From Eubacteriales bacterium (GTDB lineage: Bacteria > Bacillota > Clostridia > Oscillospirales > CAG-382): 64,000 bases of DNA. Location of the stretch: positions 6,689 to 70,688 of the forward strand of contig JAZNZY010000017.1 of the NCBI GenBank assembly GCA_045595165.1, read 5' to 3'. This document shows, in pieces, positions 37,034 to 45,581 of this stretch. The stretch's first letter is position 1. Each line of letters opens with the position of its first letter. The notes below the pieces were generated by a model. It had not been told where the DNA came from. It did no database searches and saw only the letters and a list, made by a program, of their open reading frames with translations. The translations under genes were made by a program, and so were the position numbers.

Positions 37034-38080
37034 TTAATCAACCACATTCCAAACAGCCCGTAACAAAGCATAAGTCAGGTCGCATTTTGCGGCTGAACGT
37101 TTTCTGTAATTAGGTTCTTTACCTGATACTTTCCGAAATGCATTGAAAACTCTGTCGGGGATAACATCGACGTTATCCTCTTTTTCGAGAAAGTCTGCCA
37201 AGACAAAATATGTTTCATCCGATTGGCGAACCCAATCGGGAACGCCTGATACAGCGCCAAGCCAAAAAGCAAATTGGAAGTTGTACGGATCGTTAATTAT
37301 TTGATATAGCTTCTCCTCGTCAATTGGCTTCAACGCTTTCCAGTTGTAATTGAACGGACCGACACAACTGCCGCCGAATTCTTTCGGTTTCTTGAAGGTG
37401 ATGAACTCGTCAAAATCTTTCATCATTTCATAGGCGTGTTTCATTGCAACTTTTGCAATCTTCATCCGTTCCTCGCTTCGCCAGCTATGCGTTGCATTTA
37501 GCAGACCGATATGATTAGCGCCGGGGAAGCGGGCAAATGGTTTATAATATCTCTCGTTTTTTCCTTTCTTTGTAAAATCATCAACAGATTTGTAACCGGA
37601 AACGGCTTCAACGTGTTCCCAAGAAAGTGCTATTTGTTCAGCCAGAATCGGATAGCTTTCATCATAGCCAACCCAAGAAAGAATAGAAGCGATGATAGCA
37701 TTGTTTCCACCACGCCCTTCCGCATCCAATCCGTCGCCGCCATGAAACCAATTTTTATGTTTTGAAGCAATTTCCGGCGTTATAAGTGCGTGTATTCCTT
37801 TTTGAATAGCCGTATGCTCTTTCTCGATACCTGCGTTCAAAAGCGTGCCTATAGATCGCTCCATACCGTATTCACCGCCGTGCAACTCTTCGCCGAACCA
37901 GCCGTCGGGATGTTGGCAAGCAAGGTGTTTTTTAATATTTTCTTGTTCCAATATCTCGCTTCGCATTTTTTGCATGAACGGTTCTGATAAAGGTGTTTTA
38001 ATAAAATCGCGATGGACAAGAAATTTAATGCTTGTGCAAGCGTTTTCGGTAAGAAAGTCTATATGCTTTTGAAACTTCAT
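37034..38080 (-). CDS. Unknown-function protein, paralog A of the cassette (348 aa, QxxDGW-type repeat hint of an alpha/alpha-toroid fold)
   Basis: Start at ATG 38080 (GGAGA RBS, 2 nt after the upstream stop). CQHPDGWFGEE motif. IDFLTENACTSIKFLVHRDFI is similar to paralog B. Confidence 0.75.
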   Translation of the reverse strand: MKFQKHIDFLTENACTSIKFLVHRDFIKTPLSEPFMQKMRSEILEQENIKKHLACQHPDGWFGEELHGGEYGMERSIGTLLNAGIEKEHTAIQKGIHALITPEIASKHKNWFHGGDGLDAEGRGGNNAIIASILSWVGYDESYPILAEQIALSWEHVEAVSGYKSVDDFTKKGKNERYYKPFARFPGANHIGLLNATHSWRSEERMKIAKVAMKHAYEMMKDFDEFITFKKPKEFGGSCVGPFNYNWKALKPIDEEKLYQIINDPYNFQFAFWLGAVSGVPDWVRQSDETYFVLADFLEKEDNVDVIPDRVFNAFRKVSGKEPNYRKRSAAKCDLTYALLRAVWNVVD

Positions 38081-38082
38081 TT

Positions 38083-38586
38083 TTATTTCTCCACAAAATA
38101 GCAATAATCCAGAATAATTTTTCCGTTTTCGTCCGGGGTAGTGTATCTCGGGCAGAGGCAGTTTTCGAATGACCAAGTTCCTCCGTTTTTATCTTTCCAA
38201 ATCACCATACCGTTTTTAACCAATTCAGGTTTGCACGCCGAGGTATCGTGAATATCAGCTTCATAACCGTATATCCAACAAGTGCCTAAAGATAATCCGT
38301 CGAAATCCTTATGTTCAAAACCGTCTGGAACAGGAGTTTCGGCAGGTGTAAACATACCGATCCAATATTCAAATTCGGATTCCGGAGACCGATGCTCAAG
38401 ACCAACATATCCACCGCCGTTTTCCCAAATGTTAAGTATAGCATCTGTTCCGCCCATCGTTTTTTCAAGAATTCCAAACCAATCGTTAGCCCAGAATTCA
38501 TCCCAATGACCAAACTCTCCGTACTTCTTGCCTATAAAGCGCATATTCGGGATTTTTTCTTTGAATACTTTTTTGATCTCTGCCAT
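38083..38586 (-). CDS. Stand-alone GyrI-like / effector-binding domain protein
   Basis: 167 aa. The pattern MRFIGKKY..WDEFW..FEYWIGMF..VPDGFE is typical of AraC-type effector-binding (GyrI/Cass2-like) domains. Confidence 0.65.
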   Translation of the reverse strand: MAEIKKVFKEKIPNMRFIGKKYGEFGHWDEFWANDWFGILEKTMGGTDAILNIWENGGGYVGLEHRSPESEFEYWIGMFTPAETPVPDGFEHKDFDGLSLGTCWIYGYEADIHDTSACKPELVKNGMVIWKDKNGGTWSFENCLCPRYTTPDENGKIILDYCYFVEK

Positions 38587-38588
38587 TT

Positions 38589-39419
38589 TTAATTCTCCTT
38601 AATTAACGGAACGTAGATATGCTCCGAATATTCTTTGCTTGATTCCATATATGATTCGAGTTCATAAGCGTCTTTTCGTTTATAACCGCTTGTTGGAAGC
38701 CAAACGGTGTTTATCCATTCCCAGGTTTTACGTATAGTATCTACGAAATCATATTGGTTAGCAGGAACGGTTTGAAAAACAGCATAGAGCCCGCCCTCTA
38801 TCTCGATTTCTATGGTAGTGTCGACGTCTCCTTTTGCGAGTTCTGTTGGAATCCCGATATAGTATTCAAGACAATTTTTGTTTTTGTTCCATCTCATTAC
38901 ACCGAAATCTTCGGTTAAAATGCCTCCGGAAAGTGTCAGCGAACGTTTTTCAGTATTATACTTGTTCCAGCAATTCGGCGGAAAAGTATCACCGAAATTA
39001 TATGCTGTCAAGACAAAACCTTCAATAAATTTCATAGCAACTACAGGAACGGGGTAAGTCTTCTCAAATTCAAATGGCTCAAACAGACGTAAACTGCAGT
39101 TTGCTTTTTTAAATTCGGTCGGCAGTATATTGTGTTCGGATTTAAATGCCCGCGTAAAGTTTTCCTTGGAATTGAAGCCGTATTCAAAAGCTATATCTGA
39201 AACCGGTCTGTTACCGCCAATACGTTTAACTATTTCGGAAATTCGCCGTTTTCGTATGTAATCAGCGGGAGTTAAACCAACGAACTCTTTAAAAACTCGC
39301 AAAAAATGAAATTCAGAATAACCTGCAATTTTCGATAAAGAAGTAATATTAAGTTTTGTGTCGTCTTTCAAATGATTTTCAATATAATCTAAAACCCTTG
39401 AAATATTACTTTTCTTCAT
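38589..39419 (-). CDS. AraC family transcriptional regulator with a C-terminal GyrI-like effector-binding domain
   Basis: Two HTH units (SLSKIAGYSEFHFLRVFKEFVGLTPADYIRKRR; IAFEYGFNSKENFTRAFKSEHNILPTEF) plus a ~150-aa C-terminal domain. Confidence 0.88.
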   Translation of the reverse strand: MKKSNISRVLDYIENHLKDDTKLNITSLSKIAGYSEFHFLRVFKEFVGLTPADYIRKRRISEIVKRIGGNRPVSDIAFEYGFNSKENFTRAFKSEHNILPTEFKKANCSLRLFEPFEFEKTYPVPVVAMKFIEGFVLTAYNFGDTFPPNCWNKYNTEKRSLTLSGGILTEDFGVMRWNKNKNCLEYYIGIPTELAKGDVDTTIEIEIEGGLYAVFQTVPANQYDFVDTIRKTWEWINTVWLPTSGYKRKDAYELESYMESSKEYSEHIYVPLIKEN

Positions 39420-39503
39420 TTCCGCTCCATCGATAATTTATGAATGTCATTATAACACAAGAAAAAAGAATAGTATTGATAAAAATTGCGTTTATAAACA
39501 AAC

Positions 39504-39539
39504 AGCCTATGAATCATAAGAAATTCATAGGCTATTTTA
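39504..39539. terminator. Bidirectional hairpin terminator
   Basis: AGCCTATGAAT/ATTCATAGGCT 11-bp stem, T-rich on both sides. Confidence 0.75.
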
Positions 39540-39550
39540 TGTTTAATTAA

Positions 39551-40273
39551 TTAACCGTTGTAAGCGTCTTTATCGCAGATAAGTACAACGTCGGGGTGAA
39601 CCTTGAGCAGGGTAGCGGGGCACTGGGTAGTGATGCGGTCATCCTGCATCTTAACGATAACGTTGTGCTTGCCCTTGCCGCTTGCAAGAACGATGATCTT
39701 CTTTGCCTGCATAATGGAGCCGATACCCATTGTAACTGCCTGGGTGGGAACGTCTGCCTTAGAAGCAAAGAAACGGGAGTTAGCTTCGATAGTGCTGTCG
39801 GTAAGACCGGTGAGGTGGGTACCAACGTAAAGCTCTTCTTCGGGTTCGTTAAAGGCGATATGTCCGTTGGGGCCGAGACCGAGAACCTGAAGGTCGATAC
39901 CGCCTGCAGCCTTAATAGCTTCGTCATAAGCCTTACCCATAGCCGCGGGATCTTCTGCAAGACCGTCGGGCACGTTGGTGTTAGCCTTGTCGATATCTAT
40001 GTGATCGAACAGATTGTGGTTCATAAAGTAACGGTAGCTCTGATCGTGATCGGGAGCCAGGGGATAATATTCGTCAAGGTTATAAGAAGTAACGTCCTTA
40101 AAGGTGATTTCGCCTGCTTTGTTCATAGCAGAAAGGCACTTGTACATACCTACGGGAGTAGAACCGGTAGCAAGACCGAGTACGCAGGAAGGGTTAGCCT
40201 TTACGGTTTCCGCAATTATCTCTGCGCCCGCTTTGGACATTTCTTCGTAGTTTTCGCAAACAATAATTTTCAT
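39551..40273 (-). CDS. nagB: Glucosamine-6-phosphate deaminase
   Basis: LGLATGSTP, NLDEY and GLGPNGHIAFNEP motifs; 240 aa. Confidence 0.93.
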   Translation of the reverse strand: MKIIVCENYEEMSKAGAEIIAETVKANPSCVLGLATGSTPVGMYKCLSAMNKAGEITFKDVTSYNLDEYYPLAPDHDQSYRYFMNHNLFDHIDIDKANTNVPDGLAEDPAAMGKAYDEAIKAAGGIDLQVLGLGPNGHIAFNEPEEELYVGTHLTGLTDSTIEANSRFFASKADVPTQAVTMGIGSIMQAKKIIVLASGKGKHNVIVKMQDDRITTQCPATLLKVHPDVVLICDKDAYNG

Positions 40274-40360
40274 AACAAAAGTTTCCTCCGTTTATGTTTG
40301 AATTTACAAATTGGATTTTAACACATTCTTTTATGTTTTTCAAGATATATGGGCAAATTT

Positions 40361-40400
40361 TGTAAAAATAATGCCGATACGTTTTAAAACGTATCGGCAT
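40361..40400 (-). terminator. Rho-independent terminator of the decarboxylase-pump operon
   Basis: Perfect 30-nt palindrome ATGCCGATACGTTTTAAAACGTATCGGCAT, then TATTTTTAC on the minus strand. Confidence 0.85.
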
Positions 40401-40405
40401 AGGTT

Positions 40406-40720
40406 TTATTCTTTCTTATCCTTGAAGAGGGTAAGCAGATACATAAAGCAAACGATAATCGCAGTTACCAAAAAGATACCAACCATACCGAATCCCATAA
40501 TCAGGAGGGATTGCTTGGTATTCGCAAACTTGTCGTCATTTTTATCGTCGTCTTCGGATTCATCGGAAACTTCAGTGCTGTTGTTTTCATCAACCCAAAC
40601 GTCGCTTTCCTCATTCACAGAAACGTCTGCGCTGCCTTCGGCAAAAACGGGAACGTTGACTGCGGTAAGGATAGAGAAGAGGAATACGGTAATAAGTAAA
40701 ACAGAAATAATCTTTTTCAT
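40406..40720 (-). CDS. Small membrane protein with an OadG-like C-terminal TM segment, an N-terminal signal peptide and an acidic ectodomain
   Basis: Signal peptide ...VPVFA/EG, a D/E-rich stretch, then LLIMGFGMVGIFLVTAIIVCF resembling the decarboxylase gamma-subunit helix. Strong RBS. Lies 15 nt after oadB. Confidence 0.6.
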   Translation of the reverse strand: MKKIISVLLITVFLFSILTAVNVPVFAEGSADVSVNEESDVWVDENNSTEVSDESEDDDKNDDKFANTKQSLLIMGFGMVGIFLVTAIIVCFMYLLTLFKDKKE

Positions 40721-40735
40721 TATAAATCCCCCTCT

Positions 40736-41881
40736 TTAACCTAAAATGCTGAGTATAATACCGCCTGCAATAACGGATGCAACCTGACCGGAAACGTTAA
40801 CACCGATAGAGTGCATAAGCAGGAAGTTATGAGGATCTTCTTTAAGACCGAGCTTGTGAACAACACGTGCAGACATAGGGAATGCGGAAATACCTGCTGC
40901 GCCGATCATGGGGTTAACCTTCTTCTTGGTGAAGAGGTTGAGGAACTTAGCGAATAATACGCCGCCTGCGGTATCAAAGATAAACGCAAACAGACCAAGA
41001 CCGATAACGATAAGAGTATCCCAACGGAGGAAGTCAGATGCTTTCATAGTGAATGCAACGGTAATACCGAGAAGCAGAGTTACCAGATTTGCAAGCACCT
41101 TCTGTGCGGTATCGGAAAGAGAATCAAGTCTGCCGCACTCACGAATAAGGTTACCGAACATAAGGAAGCCTATGAGGGAAACACACTCGGGAGCGATAAG
41201 ACCAACAACTATAGTTACGATGATGGGGAAGAGGATACGAGTCTTTTTGGAAACGCCCTTGGGGGAGTATTCCATACGTATAAGTCTTTCCTTCTTGGTG
41301 GTGAGAAGCTTGATAACGGGAGGCTGTACGATAGGAACGAGAGCCATATAAGAGTATGCGGCAACTATTATAGCACCGATATACTTTGTTTCGAACTGTC
41401 CCGCAACAAAAATACTTGTAGGACCGTCAGCAGCGCCGATAATTGCAATGGAAGCGGCGTCTTTAATAAGGAATCCTTCGCCAAACAGACCAAGGTCGCC
41501 GAGCAGAGCAGCAAGGAAAAGGGTTATAAATATACCGAACTGTGCGGATGCACCGAACAGCATAAGCTTTGGGTTGGAAAGCAGAGGACCAAAGTCGATC
41601 ATTGCGCCGATACCGATAAACAGAAGCAAGGGCAACAATTCGTTTTCAATGGTTGCTCCGTAAAGCATCTCAATAACTTCAGGTGCTCCTGCGATGGGCA
41701 GGTTAACCAATATAGCGCCAAAGCCCATGGGAAGAAGCAGGGTAGGCTCCATATCAAACTTAATAGCAAGGAAGATCAAGAAACCGCCGATCACCCACAT
41801 GGCTATCATACCGGGCTGTTCTTTTACGATGCTAACTGCATTTTCGTAAATGAACTTCATGTTTTCAAAAAAGAATTCCAA
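40736..41881 (-). CDS. Sodium ion-translocating decarboxylase subunit beta (OadB/GcdB/MmdB family)
   Basis: 381-aa polytopic protein with family blocks EPTLLLPMGFGAILVNLP and GIGAMIDFGPLL. Putative TTG start. An internal ATG (MKFIY) is the alternative. Confidence 0.88.
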   Translation of the reverse strand: MEFFFENMKFIYENAVSIVKEQPGMIAMWVIGGFLIFLAIKFDMEPTLLLPMGFGAILVNLPIAGAPEVIEMLYGATIENELLPLLLFIGIGAMIDFGPLLSNPKLMLFGASAQFGIFITLFLAALLGDLGLFGEGFLIKDAASIAIIGAADGPTSIFVAGQFETKYIGAIIVAAYSYMALVPIVQPPVIKLLTTKKERLIRMEYSPKGVSKKTRILFPIIVTIVVGLIAPECVSLIGFLMFGNLIRECGRLDSLSDTAQKVLANLVTLLLGITVAFTMKASDFLRWDTLIVIGLGLFAFIFDTAGGVLFAKFLNLFTKKKVNPMIGAAGISAFPMSARVVHKLGLKEDPHNFLLMHSIGVNVSGQVASVIAGGIILSILG

Positions 41882-41899
41882 AAGTAATCACATCTCCTT

Positions 41900-41945
41900 A
41901 AAACAAAAATAGACCCTTACCGCCTTTGTAATGGCGATAAAAGTC
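41900..41945 (-). terminator. Leader (attenuator) terminator upstream of the oadB-like gene
   Basis: Minus strand: GACUUUUAUCGCC/GGCGGUAAGGGUC 13-bp stem (with G-U pairs), loop AUUACAAA, then UAUUUUUGUUUU just before the RBS. Confidence 0.6.
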
Positions 41946-42030
41946 TTGCAATTTAATGACTGCGCGGACTGTAAAGTCGTATTGACGCAACAGACAACGG
42001 ATTTCACCGCTTGCTACTCCCTTTTATTAC
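41946..42030 (-). promoter_or_regulatory. Structured 5' leader (candidate riboswitch aptamer, ligand unknown; ion-sensing suspected)
   Basis: The long-range helix GUCUGUUGC/GCAAGAC has a 3' strand that overlaps the terminator 5' arm. Internal hairpins are AGCGG-UGAAAU-CCGUU and GACU-UUAC-AGUC. Confidence 0.4.
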
Positions 42031-42035
42031 TGTCA

Positions 42036-42064
42036 ATAATAGCATATTGTTTTAAATTTGTAAA
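42036..42064 (-). promoter_or_regulatory. Sigma-A promoter for the oadB leader
   Basis: Minus strand: TTTACA (42064-42059), 17 nt, TATTAT (42041-42036). Confidence 0.6.
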
Positions 42065-42136
42065 GTCTTTGGCTGAAAAATATTTACTTAGTTTACCTTT
42101 TGTGCTATAATAAAGTAATATACTGTTAAGGAGCAT

Positions 42137-43183
42137 ATGATGAAGGATAGCCAACAGAAAAAACCGTCCTCAAAGCTTACCGCTTTTTACATTGCGATAA
42201 TAGCAGTCATCATTATTGGTGTCGCTGTTTATATTGCAGTGCAATATGATGCGGTCGAGGTTTTGTCAACTATACGAAATATCGATCCTCTCTTCGTGTT
42301 TTGCGGAGTAGCTATGGTCTTCCTTCAGCTTTATTGCGAAGCGGGCTGCTTTAAGATACTTTTCAGACTATTGGGACGAAAAATCTCCTTCTCTTCCGCT
42401 TCCGGGTATGCGGGCACCGACCTTTTGTATTCAAACATCTCTCCCGCACAGCTTGCCGGCCTTCCTGCGGCGGGTTATTCTATGTATAAAGACGGCATCG
42501 ATACTGCCTCATCCTGCAATATACTTGCCATTTATTCTATGTGTAACCGTATAGCTGTAGTTATAGTTGCAACCGCAGCGGTATGCGTGTTTCCTGTTCT
42601 ACTGAATACAGGCTCTGCACTGTTTATCACTCTGTTTATTTACGGTGCTATCGTTAATTTGTGCATTGTCGCCTTGTTTGCACTGACTTTATTCGCCCCT
42701 TCTTTTGCTCGGCGTCTTATTCCCGGTGTTGTCCGCTTTCTTTCCCGTTTTAAGTTTTTGCATATAAAAGAAACAGCCGTTGAAAAATCCGTTAAAAGTG
42801 CCGAGGATTACATTTCCGCATCAAAGATAATGCGGTCTTCTCCTTTTACGGTGCTGGCTGTATTGTTTATATGTATCGTAAAACGAATTATCAATTTTTC
42901 AATCGTCTATTTTGCGTATCTTGCTTTCGGTTTAAGGCACGAAAGTTTTGTATATATTGTTGCCGTACAATCTGTCCTGGCGGTTTCTTCCGAGTCGGTG
43001 CCGATACCGGGCTCCGCAGGTGTTGCAGAGAACGTTTTCACTATTCTTTACAGCGGTGTTTTCGGCCCCAGGCTTTATATTCCCGCTATGATCGTTACAA
43101 GAGCTTTGAACTTTTTTGCTTTGCTCGTTGTAAGCGGTTTTCATTCTCTTGTTTATAATTTTTTCGGAAGAAAGGTAAAATGA
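42137..43183 (+). CDS. Flippase-like / lysylphosphatidylglycerol-synthase TM-region family (UPF0104) membrane protein
   Basis: 8-TM protein with basic loops and family-like architecture. ATGATG start; the second ATG (42140) has the better SD spacing. Confidence 0.65.
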   Translation: MMKDSQQKKPSSKLTAFYIAIIAVIIIGVAVYIAVQYDAVEVLSTIRNIDPLFVFCGVAMVFLQLYCEAGCFKILFRLLGRKISFSSASGYAGTDLLYSNISPAQLAGLPAAGYSMYKDGIDTASSCNILAIYSMCNRIAVVIVATAAVCVFPVLLNTGSALFITLFIYGAIVNLCIVALFALTLFAPSFARRLIPGVVRFLSRFKFLHIKETAVEKSVKSAEDYISASKIMRSSPFTVLAVLFICIVKRIINFSIVYFAYLAFGLRHESFVYIVAVQSVLAVSSESVPIPGSAGVAENVFTILYSGVFGPRLYIPAMIVTRALNFFALLVVSGFHSLVYNFFGRKVK

Positions 43184-43184
43184 T

Positions 43185-45578
43185 ATGAGAAAATCGATTT
43201 TTTCTTTTATACTTGCCGCTATATTCGTTTTATCTTGTACTGGAATTACAGTTTATGCGGATAATGAAATTTTCGTAAATATCAACGAAGGCGATACCGT
43301 TTCAGGCGAGTTCGAATTTATGGCACACGGAATGAATAATCTTCAGATAAACATCGACGGAGTTTCTGTGGGTGCAGGTATAGGCAAGCCGTATTTTTCC
43401 TTTAATTCCGTTGGACTTGATTACGGCGGAGGAAACGTATATTATGGAGATAAAACTCTTACACAGCTTCCTTCTACATCCGGTTCGTTCACGATGGTTT
43501 TTGACGAGAGTATACTCGATGACGGCGACGCTGTTATTACATATATCGCGGCATCCGATGGATTTTCTTATCCCGATTTACCTGTTTACGGCACTTATAA
43601 TCTTGATGACCAGACGCTTTCTGAGATTTCTGTAATACTGCCCAACGGAAAGCCCGTTTTGCCTTCATCCGTTAATCTCTATTATCCCATTGAGGGTACA
43701 AACGAAGTTACGGTTGTTACCGAAAGCTATGATCCTGCAAAAACTTACATTTTGGGCGACGGATGGAATGCCGAAACCAATCTCGGCGGTAGCACTCCCA
43801 CAACACCTATTTATATTTCTTTTGTATTTGAAGAGCTTTTGAATACTATCAAAGAAGAAACCGGTTCTGTTGCCGTATTTGATACCGCTTCTCTCGAAGA
43901 CGGAGAACATATTTTATCCGTTCTCTCAGACGGAAAAACGGTAAAAGAAATTAAGTTTTTTACCGATAACACAGGACCTTCTATAGATTTTGAATTTGAA
44001 TTCGGAACTGCAATTTTCAAAGATTCCGTATTGGAATTTTCGGCAACCGATTCTTCCGGTGAAGCCAAAATAAAAGCTGATATCAACGGTGAATTTTATC
44101 ATTCGGGACGTTCTCTCGTCTGGGTTTCCGAAGGCAGACATCTCCTTACTCTTACCGCTACCGATGCATACGGAAACACTACTACCGTTTGCACCGAATT
44201 CGTTATGTGTGACCGCAAGGACAGCGTTATAACGGAGGATATGGAATCAGGGGACGGAATTGTGAGCATAACCGGAAACGGTGAAGAGTATCGCTTTTAT
44301 ATCGACACATCCAAAGGCTTTGTGTTTGAATATCAGGGCGGTACCACGGAAAAGGGCAGGGTGGCTGTTTACGGTTATGATTGGCAGAATAAATGCTACG
44401 AACTGCTCGGCACCGCGCAAAACGGAGTAAAAACCGAATTTGCCGTTAACGATACCCGTTTCATTTCTGCGGGCGAGGTAATGATAACCGTAAAGCCCGA
44501 TATTTACGTTTCCGCTTCCGATACCGTTGTATGGATAACAGATACCCAGTATTATTCCAATTTTGATGATCTTAATCACGTTTATGAACTGATACTCAAC
44601 TACAGTGTCGATCTTTATAAGAACGGCAAAGCGGGATATCTTATACATACCGGTGATATCGTCGATACCTACATTCCTGCCGATAAAGCGCAGTCTGAAT
44701 GGAAATTTGCAGATAAGGTTCACGAAATTCTTGATAACGCAAATATGCCCAACGGTGTTCTCGCGGGTAACCACGATACTTATAACACACCTGCAGACCT
44801 TTCGTATTTTAACCGTTATTTTGGAAAGGGACGGTTTTTTAATAATAATTGGTACGGCGGAAGCCTTGATAATAACTCCTGCCACTATGACCTAATAACT
44901 ATTTCCGGCACGGATTATCTGTTTTTATACCTCAGCAACGGTATTGAGGCAACCGAGCGCACCATCGCTTGGGCAAACGCTGTCTGTAAGGCTTATCCCG
45001 AAAGATCGGTTATTGTATGTACGCATTCTTATCTTGATGTTACGGGAAAATACGTAAGCAACCTTCAGGATGTGAACGCTTATAACCACTCCCGCGCGGC
45101 AGAAATTATGGAAAATATTATTGTTCCCAATAAAAACGTTGTCGCTGTCTTGTGCGGACACGTTCACGGCGCTTGCCGCGTTCAGCGTGATCTCGGTAAC
45201 GGACGCTACGTATGGGAGATACTTTCCGATTACCAGTATGCGGAAACGGGGAATGCTCCCACTCATACCGCAAACGGCTGTTCTCTTGACGGAGAGGGAT
45301 ATATACGCCTTATCACCTTCGGCGAAAACGGTAAAATGCATCAAACCACTTATTCACCCCTTTATGATGAATATAACTTCTTCGAGGAAGAGAAAGATAC
45401 CTTTGACATCAGGCTTCAGACTGTAAACGAAAGAGTAAAGGTCAACACAGATGTTGCTGTAATTCATTTCACTCCCGAAACAAGTATTAATATCCCGTTG
45501 ATAGTAATAATATTGTCGGTAATATTGATCATATCAGTGGTTTCAGCCCGTGTTGCACGCAAAATAAGAAAGGAGTAA
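43185..45578 (+). CDS. Surface-exposed calcineurin-like metallophosphoesterase with N-terminal Ig-like domains and a C-terminal TM anchor
   Basis: Signal peptide; motifs WITDTQ, HTGDIVD, GNHDT, CTHSY and CGHVHG; C-terminal hydrophobic helix plus RVARKIRKE. Confidence 0.8.
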   Translation: MRKSIFSFILAAIFVLSCTGITVYADNEIFVNINEGDTVSGEFEFMAHGMNNLQINIDGVSVGAGIGKPYFSFNSVGLDYGGGNVYYGDKTLTQLPSTSGSFTMVFDESILDDGDAVITYIAASDGFSYPDLPVYGTYNLDDQTLSEISVILPNGKPVLPSSVNLYYPIEGTNEVTVVTESYDPAKTYILGDGWNAETNLGGSTPTTPIYISFVFEELLNTIKEETGSVAVFDTASLEDGEHILSVLSDGKTVKEIKFFTDNTGPSIDFEFEFGTAIFKDSVLEFSATDSSGEAKIKADINGEFYHSGRSLVWVSEGRHLLTLTATDAYGNTTTVCTEFVMCDRKDSVITEDMESGDGIVSITGNGEEYRFYIDTSKGFVFEYQGGTTEKGRVAVYGYDWQNKCYELLGTAQNGVKTEFAVNDTRFISAGEVMITVKPDIYVSASDTVVWITDTQYYSNFDDLNHVYELILNYSVDLYKNGKAGYLIHTGDIVDTYIPADKAQSEWKFADKVHEILDNANMPNGVLAGNHDTYNTPADLSYFNRYFGKGRFFNNNWYGGSLDNNSCHYDLITISGTDYLFLYLSNGIEATERTIAWANAVCKAYPERSVIVCTHSYLDVTGKYVSNLQDVNAYNHSRAAEIMENIIVPNKNVVAVLCGHVHGACRVQRDLGNGRYVWEILSDYQYAETGNAPTHTANGCSLDGEGYIRLITFGENGKMHQTTYSPLYDEYNFFEEEKDTFDIRLQTVNERVKVNTDVAVIHFTPETSINIPLIVIILSVILIISVVSARVARKIRKE

Positions 45579-45581
45579 TTA

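Noticed and set aside
41862-41881. Uncertainty over the oadB-like start (TTG 41881 versus internal ATG at MKFIY)
   Set aside because: This is not a finding in itself. TTG has a usable AAGGAGA 11-12 nt upstream and restores the family-typical N-terminal length, while the internal ATG has no SD. I kept the TTG start and flag it as unverified.
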